64,000 nt of DNA from an uncultured Clostridia bacterium (GCA_947581635.1 CANPVE010000009.1:15158-79157), one strand, 5' to 3'; numbered from the stretch's first letter, positions 25,980 through 35,145 are shown. Program-made: numbers and translations. The notes: generated from the sequence alone by a model not told the origin.

Positions 25980-27092
25980 TCACCTCAATATTTTATGATA
26001 GAGCATATCTATCTCATCATCATCTATCCGTATGGGATAATTTTTAAGTCTCACGGGGTTGACGGAACTCTTGAGCAGTTCAAACTGCTCCTGCGTGGCC
26101 ATGGGGATATCCAATCCCAGTCCGTCAAAGATATCCGCAAATATTCGTGCACCCGATTCCCCACTGTCGCCGCCCATCGCAATTCCAATTTCACGCAGAA
26201 CTCCTCTGAGGTAATCTCCGCCCCTCGGGTCGATGCATTTGTCGATATTCCCGATAGTCCATGGAAACAGGATACGGTCACAGAGCGCGGCCGCGTGACC
26301 GTGCGATACTCCAAACAGACCCGTTATCTTGTAGCACATCGCGTGACCAGCCGTAGTCTGCGCAATGTTTATAGCTTTGCCCGCCGTGTTGGCGGCCATC
26401 AGCATAGCTTCATTTGAGGAATCCTCATTAGTCAGATAGCCTTCCATATTGGCTGTGATTTGCCCGATTGCCTGTGCGCTGTATCTCCTGCTTTCTTCAG
26501 TGCTGTTCACCGACCAATAAGCCTCTATAGCGTGGCAGAGCGCGTCGAGCATAGTGCTCTTTTTTTGATATAGCGGAAGTGTTTTTAAGACGCTGCTGTC
26601 CATGAGAACGGTCTGAGGAATACAGCTCTCATGTGTCACGGATTGTTTCTTTCCGTCATAATAAATCACCGCATAGCGCGTAGCCTCACTCCCGGTTCCA
26701 GCAGTGGTCGGCATCACCAGGAACGGAATGTCATTCGGTACAATCTCCTGATCGAGGTAGTTTTTCGAGGCGTCCATATTGTTGTAGAGCTTAATGCATT
26801 TGGCCACATCAATTGCGGAACCTCCGCCCACAGCCATGATACCCGAGCATTTCTCTCTGATAAACAAATCCACGCCCCAAACCACGGATTCATAGAGTGG
26901 ATTGGGCTTGAAATCGCTGAAATATACAAAATCAATTCCGCTTGCCGCTATTTCCGCCAAGTGTCGGTTAAGACGGCTAAAAAATCTTATGGATTCGTCG
27001 CACACCAGCAATATTTTGCCGTTTGCGATATTTCTGAGCCACTCGTCCAATTCTCGGTAGCCGTCCGCCGCAGTTATAATGCGTTGTTTCAC
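25980..27092 (-). CDS. iron-containing alcohol dehydrogenase, probable phosphonoacetaldehyde reductase
   Basis: Fe-ADH motifs are present (GGGSAIDVAKC and HAMCY...HGHA). It sits between the PepM fusion and Ppd, with gaps of 10 and 3 nt. Confidence 0.75.
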   Translation of the reverse strand: MKQRIITAADGYRELDEWLRNIANGKILLVCDESIRFFSRLNRHLAEIAASGIDFVYFSDFKPNPLYESVVWGVDLFIREKCSGIMAVGGGSAIDVAKCIKLYNNMDASKNYLDQEIVPNDIPFLVMPTTAGTGSEATRYAVIYYDGKKQSVTHESCIPQTVLMDSSVLKTLPLYQKKSTMLDALCHAIEAYWSVNSTEESRRYSAQAIGQITANMEGYLTNEDSSNEAMLMAANTAGKAINIAQTTAGHAMCYKITGLFGVSHGHAAALCDRILFPWTIGNIDKCIDPRGGDYLRGVLREIGIAMGGDSGESGARIFADIFDGLGLDIPMATQEQFELLKSSVNPVRLKNYPIRIDDDEIDMLYHKILR

Positions 27093-27102
27093 TCCGTCAC
27101 CT

Positions 27103-29136
27103 CTATTCCTCGGGTATCAGAGTGATGATGTCCTTAATGCTCATGCATTTGTCATCACATTCCTTGGCCCTGTGATTTTCGAGTATTGTCCTCGCCGCGT
27201 CCTGCATAGCTGGGAAGCCTGTTCGGGTAAGCTGATTTGCATATATAACGATGTTCGCGCCACGCTCTTTGAACTCCTCCTCATATACGGTGTTGAACGA
27301 GGTGGGGACAAGAACGATTGGAGTTATCTTGTCCTTGGCGCGGAATTTGTCAATAAACTCGAAAATTTCATCGGGTTCCTTTCTTCGGCTGTGTATCATA
27401 ATCGCATCTGCTCCTGCGTCGCGGAAGGCAAATGCTCTGGTAAGAGCGTCCTCCATTCCCTTTTCGAGAATGAGACTCTCTATTCTGGCACATATCATAA
27501 AATCCTTTGTTTTCTGTGCTCTCTTGCCCGCCCTTATCTTTTCCGAGAAATTCTCAATACTGTCCTGAGTTTGTGCCACCTCTGTGCCAAAGAGGGAATT
27601 TTTCTTAAGCCCCGTCTTATCCTCAATTATAACCATTGACACTCCCATACGCTCCAGCGACCGCACAGTATATACAAAGTGCTCGGTCAACCCGCCGGTA
27701 TCTCCGTCAAAAATAATCGGCTTGGTTGTAACTTCCATGATGTCGTCTATGGTGCGGAAACGACTGGTCATATCCACAAGTTCCATGTCGGGCTTGCCCT
27801 TGGCGGTGGAGTCGCAAAGCGACGATAACCACATCGCATCAAACTGACGCGTACCGCCGTTCTGGTATACCGCTGTTTTTTCGACGATCAGACCCGTTAT
27901 GCCGCTGTGAGCCTCCATGGCGGTGATAAGACCCTTCATTTCGAGCGTTCTCTTTAATCTCGCCCTCCTGACGTCGGGCAGCGACAGTTCCGCCCTTACT
28001 CTGTCCTCCAAAGCCTTATACTTCGGATCGTGGGAATAAGGATACTCAACCAGCTTGCCGCCGTATGATGCCAGTATTGACATCACCTCGTCTCTGACAG
28101 GCTTTTGGAATCCGGTTGTCCAGTCATCGCCGTGAACCACGATATCCGGCTTGTATTTTTCAAGATTATCCCTATAGGACAGCGTTTTCTGCTCGACTAC
28201 CCTGTACACTCCGGCGATATTCTCCAACATAATCCTGCGTTCGGACGCAGGAACAAGAGGAAAGCGCTTATACCCCGCTACCGCCTCGTCAGAAAGGACG
28301 CCCACAATCAGCTTGCCAAGCCGCTGAGCCTTCTTGATAATGGCAATATGCCCACCGTGTATAATATCGGCAGAAAACGTCATGTACACCGTCCGTGATT
28401 CAATTTCCTTGAGTCTTGCGGAAACAACCGCGAGATCCTGGGGATTGTCAATTTCTGAGCAAAGGAGGTTTTTGACGTCCAATGCGCGGATATTTGCGGC
28501 GCCGTCAAGCTCGTTGAGGGCATTTTCGGCATAAACTGTGCGGTTGCCCGCCTCGCAGAATTCGATGATCTTGCCCAGCCACAATTGCCAATCGTCCTTC
28601 TTAAGGTGGTATAAGGGCTGAGCCGCCATAGCCTCATTGAAAAATTCGATACCGACTTTGATCACGTTGTCGTTCTTTACCACAGCCTTGAAATCCTTTT
28701 CGGGGAGAGGCAGAGTAGAGGACACAGTCATGCATGAAACTTCTGAGCCGACTACCATATCGAATACTTCGTTTTCAAAAACCAAATCCCCATGCATAAG
28801 GATAATGTCATCGTCCAGATAATGACGCGCGCAGTAAATGCTATAGATATAGTTAGTCTCGGAGTACACGGGATTTTTTACGAAATTAATATTAAGAGGA
28901 AGATCCAAGCTGAGGCAATATTCGACGAGAACATTGTCAAACGCCCCTGTGGTTATTATCACCTCTTCAATGCCGGCGTCGGCAATCTGATTCAACTGCC
29001 TTGAAAGAATCGTTTCTTTTGGACTTATTTCAGTCATACATTTTGGGTGCTCCGACGTAAGCACGCCCATACGGGAACCAAGCCCCGAATTCAAGATTAA
29101 CGCTTTCACGGATAACAAATCCTCCTTGTACTTCAT
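27103..29136 (-). CDS. pepM: tri-domain fusion: LicC/MobA-like nucleotidyltransferase + TagD-like cytidylyltransferase + phosphoenolpyruvate mutase
   Basis: Domain 1: KALILNSGLGSRMG. Domain 2: MTFSADIIHGGHIAIIKKA (HxGH) ...VHGDDW. Domain 3: EDKTGLKKNS (the PepM-diagnostic EDKx5NS), ARIES, AGADAIMIHS. The start is uncertain: ATG 29136 is preferred, and ATG 29169 or TTG 29214 are possible. Confidence 0.85.
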   Translation of the reverse strand: MKYKEDLLSVKALILNSGLGSRMGVLTSEHPKCMTEISPKETILSRQLNQIADAGIEEVIITTGAFDNVLVEYCLSLDLPLNINFVKNPVYSETNYIYSIYCARHYLDDDIILMHGDLVFENEVFDMVVGSEVSCMTVSSTLPLPEKDFKAVVKNDNVIKVGIEFFNEAMAAQPLYHLKKDDWQLWLGKIIEFCEAGNRTVYAENALNELDGAANIRALDVKNLLCSEIDNPQDLAVVSARLKEIESRTVYMTFSADIIHGGHIAIIKKAQRLGKLIVGVLSDEAVAGYKRFPLVPASERRIMLENIAGVYRVVEQKTLSYRDNLEKYKPDIVVHGDDWTTGFQKPVRDEVMSILASYGGKLVEYPYSHDPKYKALEDRVRAELSLPDVRRARLKRTLEMKGLITAMEAHSGITGLIVEKTAVYQNGGTRQFDAMWLSSLCDSTAKGKPDMELVDMTSRFRTIDDIMEVTTKPIIFDGDTGGLTEHFVYTVRSLERMGVSMVIIEDKTGLKKNSLFGTEVAQTQDSIENFSEKIRAGKRAQKTKDFMICARIESLILEKGMEDALTRAFAFRDAGADAIMIHSRRKEPDEIFEFIDKFRAKDKITPIVLVPTSFNTVYEEEFKERGANIVIYANQLTRTGFPAMQDAARTILENHRAKECDDKCMSIKDIITLIPEE

Positions 29137-29406
29137 TATCACAAAAATCTTATTGTTACCATTCGTCATAACTCCCGCAGGAAACAGGATAACATTTTTC
29201 CACTGTTTTGTCAATCACATTCCGAAACGCGCCAAGATCAAAAATTGTATGGGCAAATAAAATCGGCCCAACTTTTTTACATCGCCGGACGCTGTGATTG
29301 AAATTTGATTTCCGTGACCAAGCGAGGCCAACAAAAAAGCAGAGCCGCGCCAAATGATTTAGCACAAGTCTGCTTTTAATTCCAGATTCTACATTATATT
29401 GAGTTT

Positions 29407-29961
29407 TTATACGTCAATAAACAAACCCTTTGCCTTGAATTTCTTCTCCTTACGGTTTATCTTCTTGAGCCTGAGCTTCAGTTTGCCCACCACAATATAG
29501 AGCAGAACCAGTACGGCAAATAGCAGACAAAGCCACATCAGACCCATTGTATGATCGCCGCCCACCTGTTCGTATATATTCTGGCTGAGATAGGTTTCAC
29601 CCGACGTCTTGAGGGATTGAGTGAGCTTACTCATCTTGTCAAATATAGCGAGCAGATTTGCTATCATTCCGATGCAAAGTCCCACAAAAAGCACACTCAG
29701 AGCGCCGCTGACCGCGACTCCCTGCTCGGAATCATGAATACTGTACGCCGCTTTGGTGAGCGGACGCATTTCGGATTCGGGCGGACGAAGCATCGCAAAT
29801 TCAGCACGGCTGTCCATAACCGGCGGGGGCGGCAGCACTTCGTTATTCTCCGCGCCGCCCTGCGCGGACGACGGAGCAGCCGCCAGCTTTGCCCCGCACT
29901 GACCGCAAAAAGCGTCGGTATCGGCATTCTTGGCGCCGCATTTTGAACAATACATCGTCAA
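29407..29961 (-). CDS. zinc-ribbon membrane protein (paralogue 1 of 3)
   Basis: N-terminal CSKCGAKN...FCGQCGAKL, a Pro-rich linker, then two TM helices. Confidence 0.7.
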   Translation of the reverse strand: MTMYCSKCGAKNADTDAFCGQCGAKLAAAPSSAQGGAENNEVLPPPPVMDSRAEFAMLRPPESEMRPLTKAAYSIHDSEQGVAVSGALSVLFVGLCIGMIANLLAIFDKMSKLTQSLKTSGETYLSQNIYEQVGGDHTMGLMWLCLLFAVLVLLYIVVGKLKLRLKKINRKEKKFKAKGLFIDV

Positions 29962-29988
29962 TTACCTCCCTTTTGATTTTTCAATATC

Positions 29989-30462
29989 TCAATTTGCGGG
30001 CCTTTTGTGCGGCGAAAATTTTCTGATAAGCCGTCTTATTAGCATCACTACGCCCACTATTCCCAGCAATGTAAAGAGCACCATTATCGCGATAAGTATT
30101 ATATTGCCGGCCAATTCTTCTGAGCTCGAGTTGTTTCCGAAATAATTATATTGACCCGACACCGAACTTTGAAGCTCCTGCGACGAGGTAAACCAAGCCT
30201 TCATTCCATCAATGCTGTTGCTCGCAAGTATATACAGCCAGCCTGACGCGGAAATAATGAGTACGATTATGGGCGTAATAAGAGTCTTTGGCTTGCGCCT
30301 CGGCGGAGGCGGCGGGGGCGCCGCTCCGTGGTCTTCGGGAGCAGCCGCCGCTATTTCACCTTTTGATTCTTCAACGGCCGCCAATGTTTCGACGGGCTTC
30401 CCACATTTTGCGCAGAAAGCCGAACCATCGTCAATTTCCGCGCCGCAGAATTTGCATTTCAT
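29989..30462 (-). CDS. zinc-ribbon membrane protein (paralogue 2 of 3)
   Basis: N-terminal CKFCGAEI...FCAKCGKPV, a PPPPPPRR linker, then two TM helices. Confidence 0.7.
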   Translation of the reverse strand: MKCKFCGAEIDDGSAFCAKCGKPVETLAAVEESKGEIAAAAPEDHGAAPPPPPPRRKPKTLITPIIVLIISASGWLYILASNSIDGMKAWFTSSQELQSSVSGQYNYFGNNSSSEELAGNIILIAIMVLFTLLGIVGVVMLIRRLIRKFSPHKRPAN

Positions 30463-30542
30463 AGTGGATTACTCCTTTCGATTTAAATGATCTTTAAAAT
30501 TATTGATCCTGTAAAAGTCTGCCGTAATTTCACGGTAAATTC

Positions 30543-31439
30543 TTATTTGTCTGTGATTATCTCGTGATCCGCACAGTATATCTTTATATTGTTAAGATCT
30601 GTCACAGAGTCGGAATTGCAAAGCATATCGTACAACGTGTCGGCATAGCTGCGGTATGTGTTCGCCTTGCCTGTGTACAGGCTGTTGAGCAGTCCGCTGT
30701 TTTTGGAAAGCCACTCATAGCGTTTTGCCATGTATTCGGTGTACCATACAAAATAACAGCAGTCACAGAACAATTTTTCCTCATCTGTGTACTCATCGCC
30801 CAATATTTCATTGAATTTATCGGTGTATTCCTGCAAGAAGCTATAATCCTCTGCCTTGCCCTTTTTGACCAGCAGGTCGTCTATAACTTCATCAAAATTC
30901 GGGTTGCGCACATCTTCCACAAGTGCGAGCATTCGGGTGTATTTCTCGTTGTCGACTTCTTCCACAGGAGATGAACGGAAAGGATTGCTCATAAGCCACG
31001 CGGTGATCCACACACCGGCTATTATCACAATCACCAACAGCACACCGCCTATTGCCGCCTTTGCAGCGGTCTTGGCGAATCTCTTATTGTCCCTTTTTGG
31101 AGGAGGCGCTATGACGATAGTAGGAGCCAGAGGTCGTGTGTCCGGTTCATTTTGAGGCGGGGGCGTCGAACCGCCTGTGTTTGCCGTATTATCGGCGGAG
31201 CTTTCATTTGTCGTATATTCGGCGTAATTTTGATCCGATCCGCCGCCGTACCCGGCGTTCTGAGCGTTTGGAGCATCAGCCGACGTTCTCGCGGTATCGC
31301 TGCCCGACGCTCCGACGCTCTCGGAGTTCCCGCCGCCCTGCTCGGTAACGTCGGTGTCAACGATCACCTTCGCGCCGCAGCCCGTGCAGAATTTCACATT
31401 GTTTCGCAGTTCCTTGCCGCATTTTGAACAAAAGGCCAT
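30543..31439 (-). CDS. zinc-ribbon membrane protein (paralogue 3 of 3) with an extra C-terminal domain
   Basis: N-terminal CSKCGKEL...FCTGCGAKV, a low-complexity linker, one TM, then a ~150-aa C-terminal domain. Confidence 0.7.
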   Translation of the reverse strand: MAFCSKCGKELRNNVKFCTGCGAKVIVDTDVTEQGGGNSESVGASGSDTARTSADAPNAQNAGYGGGSDQNYAEYTTNESSADNTANTGGSTPPPQNEPDTRPLAPTIVIAPPPKRDNKRFAKTAAKAAIGGVLLVIVIIAGVWITAWLMSNPFRSSPVEEVDNEKYTRMLALVEDVRNPNFDEVIDDLLVKKGKAEDYSFLQEYTDKFNEILGDEYTDEEKLFCDCCYFVWYTEYMAKRYEWLSKNSGLLNSLYTGKANTYRSYADTLYDMLCNSDSVTDLNNIKIYCADHEIITDK

Positions 31440-31739
31440 GCAGACATTCCTCCAGACATTTACACACTAAAACATAAAACCGACTATATTATGACACAAA
31501 TAATTAAAAAGGTCAACCTCTTGAACGATATATTATGTAAATTTGACATAAAAATCACTTCTATAAAATTCGATTTCCTCAAAAATACACTGTTTTAACA
31601 GCAGCCGCATTTGACGTACTTTTTAATTCTGCGACGGCAGGCATTTAAAGCAATCCAGGCAAATAACCGCACACATTCGGCAGCAATCGGCCTATCTCAT
31701 GAAATATCGTCCGAAAACAGGTATCTTTACACCGTGTTC

Positions 31740-32516
31740 TCAGCTTTCCGGCACAAAATCTTCGCTCACATCGTACTCGTCCGTATCAGTAAAATGCCAC
31801 CATTCTTCGTAATACGCATCGAAACCGCTTTCCTTCATCACCTTTTCTAGGAGCGTCACATTGTCCCTGGCAAACTCGTCGTCAATATCGCTGTAGTCTC
31901 GGTCAGCGAGCTTTGTGAAATTGTCGAAGCCCGTCGGCATGAGCATTTGAGTGCCGTCCGAATCGACCAGCGTTACGTCCACCGCATTGCCCTGGGAATG
32001 CTTGGAATAACCCTTGGTCGGGTCAGACACATACAGCGGGTTTGGGCAAATCTCCCACAGCTTAAACTGCGCCTTAACAGGGCGGAACGCGTCCCATATT
32101 TGCAAGCCCATTCCGTATTCTTCAAGTTTTTTCTGTGCCGTAATCAGCTTTTTGACAGTGCCGTAGCGCAGATAAGCGTCGTCAAATTCATATATTTCCT
32201 TCCCCGTGAAATTACCCTGACCGGCATATTTCAAATCCACTCGGATATTCGGCGCATAATCAGTCACCCGCACGAACTCGCTGTCCGAGCTTGGCGCAGG
32301 CTTGGCAGCCTGCCGTGAAGCCTTGAGCGCGTCCGATCCGCCGGAATTCCCCGCGCTGTCATCGTATGACACGGAGGAGTATTTCACATGCTTGCCGCCC
32401 GATATCGCGACATTCTTCCTAAAACCGTTGTTTGACGCAACCAAAAATGCCAGCGAGATAAATACTGCGAACCCCGCTATGCAGGCCACAAGCGCCGCCA
32501 CCATTTTTTTATCCAT
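31740..32516 (-). CDS. membrane-anchored M15 D-Ala-D-Ala dipeptidase (VanX/DdpX type)
   Basis: N-terminal TM anchor. The Zn and catalytic motifs are SKHSQGNAVD, FRP..AQ and EWWHF. Confidence 0.8.
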   Translation of the reverse strand: MDKKMVAALVACIAGFAVFISLAFLVASNNGFRKNVAISGGKHVKYSSVSYDDSAGNSGGSDALKASRQAAKPAPSSDSEFVRVTDYAPNIRVDLKYAGQGNFTGKEIYEFDDAYLRYGTVKKLITAQKKLEEYGMGLQIWDAFRPVKAQFKLWEICPNPLYVSDPTKGYSKHSQGNAVDVTLVDSDGTQMLMPTGFDNFTKLADRDYSDIDDEFARDNVTLLEKVMKESGFDAYYEEWWHFTDTDEYDVSEDFVPES

Positions 32517-32728
32517 TACTTTTTGATACCGTCCTTTGCCACAAACAAAATCCGCCTTGATATTGCTCTCGGCGGACCTTTATTTAATTACGGCAGTCCA
32601 GGCAACAACCAGACAGGTTGCACGCGACGGTGAACGCATGGTTGCGCCGTTATACTGCACCATCACGGTATCTTTCCGTCCACATATTTACTCGGATTGC
32701 CATAAGCCGAACCTTCGTATATACTGAA

Positions 32729-34351
32729 TCAGTTGTTTCGGTCGGAATAGGTTATCTCGACGTCATCGTTAGAACCATACGATCCGTCATTGCCGGATTT
32801 CACATCGTCACGGCTGCCCCGGATAACTCCTATCGCTTTTTTTATCTGACCGCCCGCGCGGCTTAAAAGCGTCTTGACTCCGCGCGTATCCCCTTCTGTA
32901 CTTGTAAAATATTGGCCGTCGTTGGAGTATTCGATGCGGTCGGGTGAAACAGGCGGGGGGCTGTACCCATCTTCGTCCTCGTCAGGGAAAACCGTCGGCG
33001 GAACAAATTCCTCGTCCTCGTCAGGGAAAACCGTCGGCGGGGCGAATTCCTCGTCCTCATCGGGGAAAACCGTCGGCGGGGTGAATTCCTCGTCCTCATC
33101 GGGGAAAACCGTCGGCGGGGTGAATTCCTCGTCCTCGTCGGGGAATATCGTCGGCGGAACATATTCACTGCCGCCTTCATCGGTATAAAAATTGAAATCA
33201 GGCTCATCTTCCTCATGATCTTCTCGAGCCTGCTCAAACTCGACGGCATCGCCATAATTTGAAGAAACGCGCGGGACGGCAAAATCGCCGCCGTCAGAGT
33301 TGGCCTGCGCAACCGTAGATTCTGTGTCTTGATCAGTGAAGAATCGAGATGTATTGAAACTGTCTTTCCTCTCCGTTTCTGTGGACCGGGCGGGACTTTC
33401 AAAGTTGCGGCTGAACAACTCATCTTCCTGAATGTAATGCTCCCCGCCGCCGCTGAACTTCAGAGCGGGTTTGAATTTGTCGCCATCTTCCGATGGCTCA
33501 GAGGCTGCATATGTCTCACCGCCGCGTGTAAAATTCAGGCTGAAATCTACGGCGTCATTCTCGTGATGTGAACAATCGTCATGTGTTTCAATTTTCGGAG
33601 TTTCATGGGGGCTGGTCGGCACGGGTTCGTCGGTTGAATACTTGCCGCACGCCTCGTCAAGCGATTTTTCCAATGACTCCATGAGACTGCGGAATTCGAT
33701 ATCCGATGCCTGCTTCAGATAGTCAGAGGCATACGGGTTGTCAGGTGACAACGGCTTTGGACGTCTGTAGCCACCCTTTTTCAATATATCCTCAGTTTCG
33801 GAACTCAGCATTGACGCGCTGACCGGAGTTTCGGGAATCTGCGGGAACTCAGGCATGATCTCCGCCGTTTCCGCCTGCTGTGGCTGAATCGGCGGCTTGG
33901 GCTGCTCGGGATGCGCTGCGTACTTGGCCCCGCCGAGCTGTTTGTCAATATATTCCGCACTTTTGCCCGCCATAGAAGCAAGCTGCGACCTCATATCGTG
34001 AATCAGCGCCTTACCGTTCGCGGAGGGTCCGCCGTATTTGGTCTCGTACGCTGTCACAACCTTCTTTCGGTCGGCCTCATATTTTTCGTTAGTCACCTTG
34101 CGCACCGCAACATACCCTTTCGCGGCGTGCACTCTTATATTAACGACCCCGTTTCTTCTTTCACCTTTTACCGGGGTTACGGAAACCTTTTTTTTCTTCC
34201 AGTGTTTCGGAGAGCACCTCAGCACCACATCAACGTGTTTATTGACGCCTTTATGCATAATGTGAGTCCGCGTCATATCATAGCTGCGCGGTACGCGCCT
34301 CATCATATGTATATGTTCAACTCCGCTCATACTCATATGATATTTTCTCAA
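32729..34351 (-). CDS. acidic repeat protein of unknown function
   Basis: The N-terminal ~130 aa are basic and His-rich. The rest is strongly acidic and looks disordered, with five tandem 13-aa repeats (FPDEDEEFxPPTV). The ORF is open to 34444. A TTG at 34351 has an SD AAGGTGGGGG 5-8 nt upstream, so the start is uncertain. Confidence 0.6.
   Translation of the reverse strand: MRKYHMSMSGVEHIHMMRRVPRSYDMTRTHIMHKGVNKHVDVVLRCSPKHWKKKKVSVTPVKGERRNGVVNIRVHAAKGYVAVRKVTNEKYEADRKKVVTAYETKYGGPSANGKALIHDMRSQLASMAGKSAEYIDKQLGGAKYAAHPEQPKPPIQPQQAETAEIMPEFPQIPETPVSASMLSSETEDILKKGGYRRPKPLSPDNPYASDYLKQASDIEFRSLMESLEKSLDEACGKYSTDEPVPTSPHETPKIETHDDCSHHENDAVDFSLNFTRGGETYAASEPSEDGDKFKPALKFSGGGEHYIQEDELFSRNFESPARSTETERKDSFNTSRFFTDQDTESTVAQANSDGGDFAVPRVSSNYGDAVEFEQAREDHEEDEPDFNFYTDEGGSEYVPPTIFPDEDEEFTPPTVFPDEDEEFTPPTVFPDEDEEFAPPTVFPDEDEEFVPPTVFPDEDEDGYSPPPVSPDRIEYSNDGQYFTSTEGDTRGVKTLLSRAGGQIKKAIGVIRGSRDDVKSGNDGSYGSNDDVEITYSDRNN
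32971..33165 (-). repeat. 5 x 39-bp in-frame tandem repeat inside the acidic protein gene
   Basis: Units start at 32971, 33010, 33049, 33088 and 33127 (CCTCGTCCTC[G/A]TC[A/G]GGGAAAACCGTCGGCGG[G/A][G/A][C/T][G/A]AATT). Confidence 0.9.
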
Positions 34352-34659
34352 TATGTCCCCCACCTTATCTGTCAAAATTTGTATACACACCGCAGTTTGT
34401 TTTCCGATTTTATACGCAGCAATTCGGGCAGTCAAAATTACCAAAACAGCGCCTCACAGAGACAGATCCCCACCGTAACCACTACCCTTATTATATACAT
34501 TATAAAACTCCGGGGCTAAAATGTAAATAAAAAGTTAATAATTTTATTGCATTTTCCTATTGGTATTTTCAACAAACTTTAATCCGATTTTTTGGAGCAG
34601 AATAGCCCAAACCGGTATTATTTAAGTCTCACGATACCACATCGCTTGAAATAAAGTCG

Positions 34660-35145
34660 TCAATATATATCAAAGTCCACTATATTGGTAACTATTCCCT
34701 GCGGAACTATATCTATCAGACCAAAACCCGGGCGGCTGGAATCTCTGGGATAGGCCAGCGATCCGGGGTTCATGACATACAATCCGTCGTGATATTTGTT
34801 GTACGGCACATGAGTGTGTCCATAGAGGCAAATCTGCGCCTCGTTTTGCCGTGCGATAGATATGAGTGTGTCAAGTCCGTATTTTACTCCCTGAGTGTGC
34901 CCGTGGGTGAGAAATATTGTCACGCCGTCCAGAGTTATGCACTGCGACGCGGGAGTTTCGGTCTGCCAATCGCAGTTCCCACGCACATTTATAAACGTCC
35001 TGTCGGGAAAATCAAACTGCATATTCTCTATATCGGAAACCATATCTCCCAGATGGATGACAACCTTCGCCGATGAATTTTGCCTTATGCATTTTTCTAC
35101 TAAGTCACGTCTCCCGTGACTGTCGGACATAACCAGAATTTTCAT
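34660..35145 (-). CDS. YfcE/MJ0936-family metallophosphoesterase
   Basis: Contains MKILVMSDSHG, HLGDMV, VRGNCD, LTHGH, LYGHTH and MNPGS. I prefer the ATG at 35145 over the ORF-track start at 35187. Confidence 0.85.
   Translation of the reverse strand: MKILVMSDSHGRRDLVEKCIRQNSSAKVVIHLGDMVSDIENMQFDFPDRTFINVRGNCDWQTETPASQCITLDGVTIFLTHGHTQGVKYGLDTLISIARQNEAQICLYGHTHVPYNKYHDGLYVMNPGSLAYPRDSSRPGFGLIDIVPQGIVTNIVDFDIY

Noticed and set aside
25185-26417. 410-aa + strand ORF spanning the ppd/ADH genes
   Set aside because: It is antisense to two genes with clear enzyme motifs and crosses their boundary. This is typical of a shadow ORF from codon bias.
24849-29214. Fosfomycin-type or other phosphonate antibiotic gene cluster
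   Set aside because: Only the three early steps are present (PepM fusion, Ppd, ADH). There is no radical-SAM methyltransferase, epoxidase, ATP-grasp or NRPS gene, resistance gene or exporter nearby. A surface-decoration role is more parsimonious.
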